Positions 56,401-64,000 of a DNA stretch of 64,000 bases are shown one piece after another. The stretch is from an uncultured delta proteobacterium. Lineage in GTDB: Bacteria; Myxococcota_A; UBA9160; SMWR01. The notes beneath the pieces are model-generated. The model made no database searches. It was not told the origin of the DNA and saw only the letters and a list, made by a program, of their open reading frames with translations. The translations under genes and the position numbers were made by a program. Every line of letters begins with the position of its first letter. The first letter of the stretch is position 1. The DNA lies in assembly GCA_963832165.1 (NCBI GenBank), contig CAWHTE010000001.1:83855-147854 (forward strand), given 5' to 3'.

Positions 56401-57229
56401 GGAAGCCGCGATGCAGGGCGAGGTCGCGTTCACGGGCGACGCCGGCAAGGCGATGGCGATCCAGCAGCTCCAGGGCGACATGCGGCGGCTCTACAGCGCC
56501 GCGCGCGAAGAGGTGGGCGATCCGGGCGACCTCGCCGCGATTCCGCAGCCGGGCGCGGCGCCGGGCGCCGCCGCTGCGGCGAAGCCCGTCGGCTCCGACG
56601 ACGTCCGCGTCGAGATCGTCTCGATCACCCAGGAGCTCTACGAGAACCAGGTGATCACCGCGACGGGCGGCAACGTGTGCGCGCGGATCCCGGGCAAGCC
56701 GGACGAGGTCTGGATCACGCCGAGCCAGCTGTTCAAGGGCGATCTGCGGCCCGAGGTACTCGTGCGGATCGACCTCGATGGCAAGTCGCTCGACGAGGGC
56801 TCGCGCTCGGCGTCGTCCGAGTGGAGCATGCACACGCAGATCCTCAAGAAGAAGCCCGAGGCGAAGGCCGTGATCCACGCCCACGCGCCGTTCGCGACCA
56901 CGCTCGCGAACACGGGGCTGCCGTTCCTGCCGATCAGCACCGAGGCCGCCTTCTTCGGCGACATCCCGCGCGTGCCGTTCATCATGCCCGGCACCGACGC
57001 GCTCGCGGAGGCGGTCTCCGAAGCGATGAAGGACAGCTGGGCCGTGTTCATGGTGAACCACGGGCTGGTCGTGTGCGGGCGCAGCCTGCGCCGCGCGGCC
57101 GACATGGTGGAGATCGTCGAGCGCTCGGCACAGCTGATCCTGGGCTGCTATGCGGTGGGCAAGGAGCCGCCGGTGCTGCCCGAGAAGACGGTCGCGATGC
57201 TGCGCAAGATGGGCGATCTGGTCGCGTAG
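53414..57229 (+). CDS. 1271-aa four-domain fusion: FGGY carbohydrate kinase, D-isomer 2-hydroxyacid dehydrogenase, SCP2-like domain, class II aldolase/adducin domain
   Basis: The ORF is uninterrupted in one frame. The FGGY part (53414 to about 54910) carries GIDLGGGS, ALGGGDTRCG and HLAGGLSRSA. The 2-HADH part (about 55003-55990) carries GLVGLGAVGRGVA, NTARAALVDE and TPHIGGNT. The SCP2 part (about 56140-56520) carries VALYFVLPDIGLDLHIAL...GKVNAMEAAMQGEVAFTGDAGKAM. The aldolase II part (about 56605-57229) carries SSEWSMH, VIHAHAP and MVNHGLVVCG. Confidence 0.85.
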   Translation: MSRVLLGIDLGGGSVHCTLLDADTGARFEAALAITSQSAEGTSGLGYEIATDELWARVGETTRAVLACAGATGDAVAGVSVTAMRFTSVVLDAAGEVLFAVPNRDARSVGESMRIAAERGQAVLATSGMWPLPIHAAPRLSWLRSARPDVFGRAVTLLSLSDWLNFRLCGRRITDETQAGCTGLFDLRKREWNAELIDAFGLPRAIFPEVRPSGERIGELDARAARELGLAPGTPVALGGGDTRCGLLGAGAIADGDVGLIAGTTAPLELVTDEPVIDGEGRLRSGLHAVPGRYVLEANVGPVGEGLAWLARLLHPDDARPDDRFAAEASTAAIGSAAMLANVGALVANDRQPAFPVGMYSLSHMTGTQGRSARASLARSALEGVACAVRANLEQLTRVTGRDLRRIHLAGGLSRSALFARILAGITRAEVVRAAAPEATGLGAALCAGIGAGVFADALDAVSHGVRAAETSAPQAAEADAYERLYESWSELRDAAEQTTAPIAMRHTVPAALAASQRNGRRAKAAHRPKALVTAAFDDASIERLRGFADVEYASFRDRMQLLTGASLVSALADCDVLVTEVDVVDAKALEKLPNLRVVAACRGDAVNVDVAACSAFGIPVLFAPGRNADAVADLTVAFLLNLARRLPAATKFLADPAVTAGNLAAMGKAFRGLQGYELWSKTVGLVGLGAVGRGVARRLSGFGVRLLVADPYVSAEEAALAGAEKVEQGELLRTSDFVSLHAAVTDATRGLLGPAQFAAMKPGAYLINTARAALVDEAALLAALDSGHLAGAALDTFAVEPPGADHPLVRHGSVIHTPHIGGNTNEVAAHQGRSISDALEQLVRGEAPRCLLNPEALAGFSWTGSRRVPTADELTALANRAGPAVTDLQRDAQAEAQEEKLEPSAAPAETVAAMKRILETFTAAMAQDERVHAFSADKDVALYFVLPDIGLDLHIALREGRVSGGLGKPEGGSVVQLRMRAAILDGMFTGKVNAMEAAMQGEVAFTGDAGKAMAIQQLQGDMRRLYSAAREEVGDPGDLAAIPQPGAAPGAAAAAKPVGSDDVRVEIVSITQELYENQVITATGGNVCARIPGKPDEVWITPSQLFKGDLRPEVLVRIDLDGKSLDEGSRSASSEWSMHTQILKKKPEAKAVIHAHAPFATTLANTGLPFLPISTEAAFFGDIPRVPFIMPGTDALAEAVSEAMKDSWAVFMVNHGLVVCGRSLRRAADMVEIVERSAQLILGCYAVGKEPPVLPEKTVAMLRKMGDLVA

Positions 57230-57230
57230 T

Positions 57231-57851
57231 CTACGCCGAGTCGACTCTCGCCCGGAGCGCCGTCCGTTCCGCCGCGGTGACCACGCGCGGCGCGCACACC
57301 AGCGCGCCGGTCGCGTCGAAGAACGGCCCGCGGCGGTGATCGCCGCGCAGCCGCGCGGCGAGAGCGATCCAGAAGAGCCGGAGGATCACCGACGCAGGAA
57401 AGCGGTCGTGCGCATCCAGCTGCTCGCGATGCTTCGCGAAGCGGGCGTGACCGCGGGTGCGGATCGGTCCGAGCACCTGCTCGCGCGCGCTCTCGGGCGC
57501 ATCGATGCAGCTGTGGATCAGGCCCACGAACGGCACCTGCCGCGAGGCGAGCGTATTGCCGATCGGGGTGCGGCAGCACGCCGCGTACCAGCGCACGAGG
57601 CCGCCGGGTGCGAGGCGCATGCAGGCCAGGCGATCGGCGCCCGCGCTGATCTCGAGATGGGCGGGAGACATCTGGAAGATCTCGGTGCCGCCGTGTTCGT
57701 CGAGCGTCTCCTTCGCGGCGTCGAGGAAGTGCGCGAACGCCTGGCAGTCGTCGCAGTAGCAGTAGACGCGGTTCCCGAGCTCGCCCGAGACGCCGCGCGC
57801 GCTCCCGCGCAGCGCTCCGCAGCTGCATCGGATCGGGAGATCGGCGGGCAT
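57231..57851 (-). CDS. Cys-rich GFA/CENP-V-like (DUF6151-like) zinc-binding protein
   Basis: The Cys pattern is CSCGALRG...VYCYCDDCQAF...YAACCRTPIG. The protein is 206 aa. Confidence 0.6.
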   Translation of the reverse strand: MPADLPIRCSCGALRGSARGVSGELGNRVYCYCDDCQAFAHFLDAAKETLDEHGGTEIFQMSPAHLEISAGADRLACMRLAPGGLVRWYAACCRTPIGNTLASRQVPFVGLIHSCIDAPESAREQVLGPIRTRGHARFAKHREQLDAHDRFPASVILRLFWIALAARLRGDHRRGPFFDATGALVCAPRVVTAAERTALRARVDSA

Positions 57852-57869
57852 CGGACGTGCGCCGTACGC

Positions 57870-59102
57870 CTAGCGCGCCGGCGCGAGCTCCCAGCGCAGG
57901 GGCACGCGCTTGATGCCGCCCACGAACGACGACCGCACGCGGTCGACCGGCCCCGCGAGCTCGGCGCGCACGAGTCGCGTGCGCAGCTCCTCGAACACGG
58001 CGCGGATCTCGAGCCGCGCGAGATGGGCACCCAGGCACACGTGCTCGCCGCGCCCGAAGCCGACATGGTCGTTGGGCTGGCGGTCGATCCGGAACACGTC
58101 GCCGTCGGGGAAGATCTGCTCGTCGCGGTTCGCCGACGGGTAGAACAGGCACAGCGACTGTCCGGCGCGGATCGCCTGGCCGCGCAGCGAGAAATCCTCG
58201 GTCGCGGTGCGGCAGAACTGGATCACAGGCGTCGTCCAGCGCACGATCTCCTCGATCGCGGGTGTCACGAGCGCCTCGTTCTCCTGGAGCCGCTTCCACT
58301 CGCCCGGATTCTCGAGGAACGCGAGCATGCCACCCGTCATCGCGTTGCGCGTCGTCTCGTTGCCGGCCACCACGAGCAGGAAGAGGTAGGACAGCAGCTC
58401 GACGGGGGGCAGCGCGCGCCCGTCCACAGAGGCGTTGGCCACCTCGCTCACGATGTCGTCGTTCGGCTGGCTCCGCCGGCGCTCGGCGAGCTCGTGGAAG
58501 TAGGCGAACACCTCGTGGCGCGCGCCGTCGATCGTCTTCTGCGCGTCGCCATCGCGCTGAAACTCCGGGTCTTCGGGCGCGATGACCTCGTTGGTCCAGC
58601 GGAACAAGAGCGGCCAGTCCTCGTCGGGCAGGCCCAGCATCAGCGCGATCACCGCGATCGTGATCGGCGCGGACACGTCCTTCACGAAGTCGATCTGCTC
58701 GCGCTGCGCAGCGGCGTCGAGCACGTCGCGCGTGATCCGGCGCACCTTCGACTCCCAGCCCTGCGCCGCGCGCGGCGTGAAGCGCTTGCTCGCGACCTGG
58801 CGGTACTTCGCGTGGTCGGGCGGGTCCATGTTGAGCAGATGGCGCGTCTCGCCCTCGGGCGGCGGCGGGACCTTGTTGTCGAACACCGCGAGGCGCGGCG
58901 CATTCTGGAGCGTCTTGGGGTGCTTGCCCAGCCAGACGACATCGGCGTGCTTGGTGACGACCCAGAACGGATCGAAGTTCGGCCGCTCGTACCACAACAC
59001 CGGCGCGTGCTGGCGCAGGTATGCCCACTCGCGATGCGGATAGCCGTGCTGCTCGTAGTGCTCGGGGTTCATCACGTCGATCGTCGCGAGATCGAAGCTC
59101 AT
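57870..59102 (-). CDS. Cytochrome P450 (second)
   Basis: The start is ATG 59102 (ATGA overlap with the upstream stop at 59099). The heme loop is FGRGEHVCLGAHLA, the ExxR motif is EEIVRW, and the I-helix is VAGNETT. Confidence 0.9.
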   Translation of the reverse strand: MSFDLATIDVMNPEHYEQHGYPHREWAYLRQHAPVLWYERPNFDPFWVVTKHADVVWLGKHPKTLQNAPRLAVFDNKVPPPPEGETRHLLNMDPPDHAKYRQVASKRFTPRAAQGWESKVRRITRDVLDAAAQREQIDFVKDVSAPITIAVIALMLGLPDEDWPLLFRWTNEVIAPEDPEFQRDGDAQKTIDGARHEVFAYFHELAERRRSQPNDDIVSEVANASVDGRALPPVELLSYLFLLVVAGNETTRNAMTGGMLAFLENPGEWKRLQENEALVTPAIEEIVRWTTPVIQFCRTATEDFSLRGQAIRAGQSLCLFYPSANRDEQIFPDGDVFRIDRQPNDHVGFGRGEHVCLGAHLARLEIRAVFEELRTRLVRAELAGPVDRVRSSFVGGIKRVPLRWELAPAR

Positions 59103-60397
59103 CGCGAGCCTCCGTTCGCCTTCGTCGCCACCTTCGGGAACGCGCGCGCGATCGCGAGCAGCCACTCCACGATGCGCACCACGTGCAGCGAGAGCACGGG
59201 CTTGCCGCTCGTGCACAGCGCAACCGACAGCGCGCGATCGGGGTCGGCCCACGAGAAGATGTTCGAGAATCCCAGGTGTCCGAACGCGCTCTCGCTGTCG
59301 GGCCCGAACAGCGAGAAGTTGGGGCTGCCGAGCATGAAGCCGAGCCCGTAGCGGAGCGGGAAGCCGAGCGTGAAGTCGACCTCCCACCACGCGGACTCGC
59401 CTGTGGCGTGGCGGATCGTCGCGGGGTCGAGCACGCGCACGCCGTTCTGCTCGCCGCCGTCGAGCAGGCACTGGTAGAACGCACACAGCTCGCTCGCGGT
59501 GGTGACCACGTTCGCGGACGGGATGATCCCGGTGAGGTAGCGCGGATCGTTCGCGAGCTCGATCACGTGCTCGATGTCGGCCCCGAGCGCGTTGCGCAGG
59601 ATCGCCGAGCCGGGCCACGGCACGGGCGGACCCGTCACCGCGTCGCGCGCAACGAGCGGCAGATCCTCCTTGCCCACGCCGTAGCGCATCCAGCGGTAGC
59701 CGAGCGGCTCGATCAGCTCGCGCTCGAGCACGGTGCGGATGTCGGACCCCGTGACCCGCCGCACCACCTCGGCGAGCACGAAGCCGCCCGAGACGGCGTG
59801 ATAGGCGAGCACGCGCCCGGGCCGCGACCGCAGCTCCGCGTCGCACATGATCTCGACCACCTTCTCGGGCTGACCGAGCAGATCGAGGTCCATCGACTCG
59901 GGCGGCAGATTCGGGATGCCGGCCTTGTGCGCGAGCAGGTGGCGCAACGTGATGCGCTGCTTGCCGTGCTTGGCGAACTCGGGGATGAAATCGCACACGC
60001 GGTCTTCGAGGTGCAGCACGCGCTTCTCGTCGAGCTTGTGGATCACCATCGCCGTGATCGCCTTGCTCGCCGAGAAGATGTCGAACGGGGTCTCGGTGCT
60101 GACCGAGAGCTTCGGCGCGTCGGGCGGGTCCTGCGGCGCGTTACCGCGCGCGTGGCCGATCGCGCGGTTGAGCACCACGACGCCCTGGCGCCGCACGCAC
60201 AGCGACAGCGCGGGGTGTACGCCCGTGGCGTAGATCGCCTGCGTCGCGTCCCACACGCGCTCGACTTCGGCGGCCGCCACGTCCGAGCCGCCGGGATCCT
60301 CGGGGCCCACGTCGAGGTTTTCTTCGAGGTCGCGCGGGAGGCGACACCGCTTCGTGCCGGGCAGGTTCAGCTGACCGATCCAGTGGAGGGGGTCCAT
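59099..60397 (-). CDS. Beta-lactamase-fold serine hydrolase
   Basis: The S-x-x-K motif is FSASKAIT. The preferred start is ATG 60397 (MDPLHW), because the longer ORF start at 60439 would overlap the SWIM gene. Confidence 0.8.
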   Translation of the reverse strand: MDPLHWIGQLNLPGTKRCRLPRDLEENLDVGPEDPGGSDVAAAEVERVWDATQAIYATGVHPALSLCVRRQGVVVLNRAIGHARGNAPQDPPDAPKLSVSTETPFDIFSASKAITAMVIHKLDEKRVLHLEDRVCDFIPEFAKHGKQRITLRHLLAHKAGIPNLPPESMDLDLLGQPEKVVEIMCDAELRSRPGRVLAYHAVSGGFVLAEVVRRVTGSDIRTVLERELIEPLGYRWMRYGVGKEDLPLVARDAVTGPPVPWPGSAILRNALGADIEHVIELANDPRYLTGIIPSANVVTTASELCAFYQCLLDGGEQNGVRVLDPATIRHATGESAWWEVDFTLGFPLRYGLGFMLGSPNFSLFGPDSESAFGHLGFSNIFSWADPDRALSVALCTSGKPVLSLHVVRIVEWLLAIARAFPKVATKANGGSR

Positions 60398-60422
60398 GGG
60401 GGGATCTCTTTCTGTGGGTTGA

Positions 60423-61748
60423 CTACGACTTTTCATCATCCTCGTTCACGGCGCCCGCGCCCAGGTAGACGTCGAGACCCGTGATCGAAGCGTTGCGGTA
60501 GGTGCGCGCCATCGCGGCTTCACAGTTCGATTGGCCGCGCCAGAACGGGAAGCCGCCGAGCCGCGCCACGATCGCGCCGGGCTTGCGCGGGATGCGCACC
60601 TCGATCGCCTCGTCGCGGCTGCGCACGGCGCCGCCCCAGAACACCTCGGGATCCTCCGGGAGCGGCTCGTCGGGAATCACGCGCTCGGGCGGCGGCTCGA
60701 TCACGGCGATGTTCGGCGCCACGAACGGCTCGCCCTCGTCCCCTTCGAGCAGCTCGCCGTCGGCTCCGTACGTGGGCTCGGAAGACGATGGCGGCATCGG
60801 CGCCCGCGGGATCGCCGCGGGTCCGAGCGCCGCGAGCAGCTCGCTGCGCTCCATGCCGCGAAGCTGGAAGATCAGGAACGGATCGCGGTCGAACTCCTCG
60901 CCGAGCAGGTAGTAGACGGCCGCCACGTGCTTGCATGGGTTCGCGTTGTCGGGGCACGAGCACGCGGCCTTGAGATCGCCGCTCGCGTTGGGGAAGAGCG
61001 ACAGGCGCTGCTCTTCGAACACGCTCTCGATGCTTTCGGGGATGGTCCCCATGCCGAGTTCGACGGCGATGTCGGGGCGCTGCGCGAGCGCGCGCGTGAG
61101 CTTCTTCCAATCGGTGCTCGACAGCATCGAGAAGTGCATGCGCACGAGATACGGTGCGTCGCGCGAGCCCTGAACGTGCGCGGTGACGAAGCCCTTGCCG
61201 ATCTCGATGTCGACGATGTGGCCCTGGCGCGCGTAGTTGCGGCCGCGTCCGAGCCGACGCCCGACCGCGAACCGCTCGAGCACTTCCACCCAGCGCCGCG
61301 CCCACCAGTTCTCACCGGTGCGCCCGCGCCGCGGGCGTCCGCGTTGATTGTTGTTGCGCTGCGGTCGCCCTTGTCCGCGCCCGCGCCGGTTCCGGCCGCC
61401 GCTCTTGCCGCGCTGCTGGCCCTGCCAGCCGCCGCCGCCATTCCCGCCGCGCTGCGCACCATCGCCGTCGTCGCCGTCGTCGTGGAACACCTCGAGGTCG
61501 CGGAACAGCTCGGGCGGCCTCGCCGCGACGTCTGCGCCGCTCGCGCCCTCCACGCCCGGCGCGGCCGTCGGCGCGGCGTTCCAGGATCCGTTTCCGCCCG
61601 CGCCGCCGTTCTGCGCGTTCGGATCGACCGGGCCGCTCGGACCGCCGGGACCGCGCCCGCCGCGCCGGCGCCGCGGCCGTCGCCGCCGGCGGCGGGGTTC
61701 TCCGCCGCCTCCGCCGACTTGTCCGCCGCCCGGGCCTTCTTCGCTCAT
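60423..61748 (-). CDS. SWIM zinc-finger protein with approximately 150-aa N-terminal Arg/Gly-rich low-complexity region
   Basis: The start is ATG 61748, 2 nt after the helicase TAG. The SWIM CxC...CxH motif is CSCPDNANPCKHVAAV. The conserved part begins at WWARRWVEVLERF...RGRNYARQG. Confidence 0.8.
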   Translation of the reverse strand: MSEEGPGGGQVGGGGGEPRRRRRRPRRRRGGRGPGGPSGPVDPNAQNGGAGGNGSWNAAPTAAPGVEGASGADVAARPPELFRDLEVFHDDGDDGDGAQRGGNGGGGWQGQQRGKSGGRNRRGRGQGRPQRNNNQRGRPRRGRTGENWWARRWVEVLERFAVGRRLGRGRNYARQGHIVDIEIGKGFVTAHVQGSRDAPYLVRMHFSMLSSTDWKKLTRALAQRPDIAVELGMGTIPESIESVFEEQRLSLFPNASGDLKAACSCPDNANPCKHVAAVYYLLGEEFDRDPFLIFQLRGMERSELLAALGPAAIPRAPMPPSSSEPTYGADGELLEGDEGEPFVAPNIAVIEPPPERVIPDEPLPEDPEVFWGGAVRSRDEAIEVRIPRKPGAIVARLGGFPFWRGQSNCEAAMARTYRNASITGLDVYLGAGAVNEDDEKS

Positions 61749-61750
61749 CG

Positions 61751-64000
61751 CTAGTCCCGCACCGCGTCCTTGCGCAGCGAGAACACCTCGTGCAGCTCCG
61801 CGTTGGAGAGCTCGGTGATCCACTGCTCGCCGGTGCCCACGATGTCCTCGGCGATCGATCTGCTTGCGCTCGATCATCTCGTCGATGCGCTCTTCGAGCG
61901 TTCCGACGCACACGAACTTGTGTACCTGCACGTTGCGCGTCTGGCCGATGCGGAACGCGCGGTCGGTGGCCTGGTTCTCGACGGCGGGGTTCCACCAGCG
62001 ATCGAAGTGGAACACGTGGTTGGCGCCGGTCAGGTTGAGACCGAGGCCGCCCGCCTTGAGCGAGAGCACGAACACGGGCGGCGCATCCGAGCCGCCGGCC
62101 TGGAAGCGCTCGACCATCTGATCGCGTCGCTTCTTGGGCGTGCCGCCGTGCAGGAAGTACACCTCGCGACCGAGCTCGTCCTGCAGATGCTCCTGGAGCA
62201 GCTTGCCCATCTCGGCGAACTGCGTGAACACGAGCGTGCGATCGCCCGCGAGCGTGACCTCCTCGAGCATCTCGGAGAGGCGCGTGAGCTTGCCCGATCG
62301 CTTGGGCAGCTCGGAGCCGTCGCCGAGGAAGTGCGCCGGGTGGTTGCACACCTGCTTGAGCTTCACGAGCGTCGCGAGGATCACGCCGCGCCGCTCGATG
62401 CCCTCGGCGTCCTCGAGCTTGCGCTCCGCCTCCTTCACGACCTGCTCGTAGAGCGTGCCCTGCTCGCCCGTGAGCGTGCAGAACACCTTCATCTCGAGCT
62501 TGTCGGGCAGGTCGGAGATGATCGCGCGGTCGGTCTTCAGGCGGCGCATGATGAACGGCTTGGTGATGTGCGCGAGCTTCTCGACCGCGTCGGGATCGCG
62601 GTGGGCCTGGATCGGCACCAGGAAGTCGCGGCGGAACTGCTCCTGGCTGCCGAGGAAGTCGGGGTTCAGGAAGTCCATGATCGACCACAGGTCGCCCACG
62701 TGGTTCTCGACCGGCGTGCCCGTGAGCGCCGCGCGGTAGTCGGCCATCACGGCGCGCACTGCCATCGACTGCTTCGTGTCCGGGTTCTTGATGTTCTGCG
62801 CCTCGTCGAGGATCACGCCCGCCCAGCGCATCGAGCGCAGGTCTTCGAGATCGCGCTGGACGAGCGCATAGCTCGTGAGCACGAGCGCGTGGTCCTGCGC
62901 ATCGGAGACGAATTCGTAGCCCTTCTTCCGCTGCGGGCCGTGGTGGATCATCGTGCGCAGGTCCGGCGTGAAGCGCGCGGCCTCGCGCTCCCAGTTCGCG
63001 AGCACCGAGGTGGGGCACACGAGCAGCACGGGGCGGTCCTCGCCGTTGTTCCGCTCGCGCTCGATCAGCGCGAGCGTCTGGATCGTCTTGCCGAGACCCA
63101 TGTCGTCGGCGAGACAGGCGCCGAGCTCCCAGCGGCGCAGGAACTCGAGCCAGGCGAAGCCCTTCTCCTGATAGGGCCGCAGCGCGCCGATGAAACCGGG
63201 CGGTGTCGCGAGCGGCTCGATCGCGTTCTTGTCCGAGAGCCGCTCGAGCAGCGCGCCGAGCCAGCCCGTGGCCCGCACGCCCTCGAAGTGGATGCCCGCC
63301 GACGAGTCGGCGGCGCCGAGCGCCATGCGCACGATCTCGCGCGCGGTCACCTCGCCGCCGCGGCGGTTCTTGTAGAACTCGAGCGCTGCGTGGATCTCCT
63401 CGACGCTCGTCTGCACCCAGTGGCCGCGCACGCGCTGGAGCGGCTCCTTGAGGCGCGCGAGGTCCTCGAGGTCGCGGCCCGAGAGCGGGTTGCCCGCGAG
63501 ACACACCTCCCAGTCGAACGCGACCGTTTCGTCGAGACGCGGCTCGTAGTCGAGCTCGGTCTGCTCGGGCGTGCGTACGCGCGCGCGCACCGAGAGCCGA
63601 TGGCGCGTGCTGCCGCCGGTCCACCACTCGGGCAGGATCGTGCCGAAGCCCGCCTGCTCGAGCGCGGGCGCGGTCTGGGTCAGGAACTCGTGCGCGCCGC
63701 GCGCGTCGAGCGAATAACCCGACGGTTTGCGCGAGCGCAGGCTCATCTCGATCTTCGGGCACACCCCGGCCGCCTGCGCGAGCGAGAGCAGGAGCGTCTG
63801 GTGCACGTCGCTGCCGGAGCGCTGCAGCGCGGCCGCCTTCCGGCCGCGCAGGATCCACGCGTCGGCGGTCGGCACGAGCAGCGACGGGTCGTCGGTGCCC
63901 TGGAGCAGGTAGCGCACGTACCAGCGGCGCTGACCCGGGCCGCATCGCCTCGCGCGTGCGCGCCTTGTTGTTGCGCTTGCCGTACGGTCGCTTGCCCCGC
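61751..64000 (-). pseudogene. SNF2-family (RapA/HepA-like) helicase, N-terminus beyond the window edge; last approximately 35 codons in another frame as assembled
   Basis: The helicase motifs are LADDMGLGKT, ILDEAQNIKN, TGTPVENH and LKAGGLGLNLTGANHVFHFDRWWNPAVENQATDRAFRIGQ. After ...IDEMIERKQ the conserved tail AEDIVGTGEQWITELSNAELHEVFSLRKDAVRD-TAG (stop at 61751-61753) is in a different frame. The switch is near 61852-61860 (ATCGATCG). As assembled, the ORF reads through into the SWIM gene. Confidence 0.8.

Noticed and set aside
53345-57061. 1238-aa ORF antisense to the four-domain fusion gene
   Set aside because: The composition is extreme Arg/Ala/Gly/Glu with no recognisable motif. It is exactly antisense to a motif-rich ORF. 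Long shadow ORFs are expected at about 70% GC because stop codons are rare.
265-61860. Programmed ribosomal frameshifting as the explanation for the split genes
   Set aside because: The sites share no slippery heptamer or downstream pseudoknot pattern. They occur in unrelated enzyme families whose orthologues are single-frame proteins. Several sit in plain G/C runs, which is typical of consensus indel errors.
61312-63945. 877-aa Arg-rich ORF overlapping the SNF2 helicase in another frame
   Set aside because: It has no motifs and is more than 25% Arg by eye. The helicase frame carries all the SNF2 motifs.

Overview
This is 64 kb of very GC-rich (about 70% by eye), densely coding bacterial DNA. 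The host looks like a diderm: there is a LolA-like carrier, a beta-barrel outer-membrane protein, lipobox lipoproteins and an MMPL exporter. I saw no rRNA, tRNA or CRISPR array. About 58 protein genes are supported by motifs.

Main blocks:
1. 14-9950: core of an aryl-polyene/xanthomonadin-type lipid-pigment cluster. It holds an acyltransferase, an ACP, an AMP-ligase fused to a hot-dog domain, a GT2, a dehydratase, a FabG-like reductase and a halogenase-like flavoenzyme, with a divergent LolA-like/MMPL/lipoprotein export operon. No ketosynthase is in the window.
2. 10.0-19.2 kb: an interposed block. It holds an OMP, a secreted protein, an SbmA/BacA-like ABC protein with a decayed ATPase domain, a NitT/TauT-type permease, an ATPase fused to a second halogenase-like domain, a MOSC protein, a hydrolase, and an IS200/RAYT-type tyrosine transposase in a low-GC pocket.
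3. 19.2-31.3 kb: second half of the pigment-type cluster. It holds an AMP-ligase, an FAD oxidoreductase, a condensation-like acyltransferase and an ACP. Divergent from these are a third halogenase-like gene, a CrtI-like oxidase, a lipoprotein, an MIO aromatic ammonia-lyase, a 4HBT thioesterase and two methyltransferases.
4. 30.9-37.4 kb: a redox/hydrolase operon (SnoaL-like, FadH/OYE-like, KstD-like flavoprotein, LLM oxidoreductase, D-aminoacylase-like amidohydrolase).
5. 37.5-39.5 kb: a LemA-TPM-TPM triad.
6. 39.5-47.1 kb: miscellaneous metabolism and membrane genes.
7. 47.1-60.4 kb: a TetR-centred divergent cluster. It holds two P450s, two dehydrogenases, an omega-transaminase fused to SCP2, and a 1271-aa FGGY kinase / 2-hydroxyacid dehydrogenase / SCP2 / class II aldolase fusion. 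This is my best candidate for an undescribed system.
8. 60.4-64.0 kb: a SWIM zinc-finger protein with an RG-rich tail, next to an SNF2 helicase.

About ten otherwise intact genes are interrupted by single-base frame switches, several of them in G/C runs. This looks more like assembly indels than decay, and it affects how the ORF track should be read. Many long Arg/Ala-rich ORFs in the track are shadow frames.
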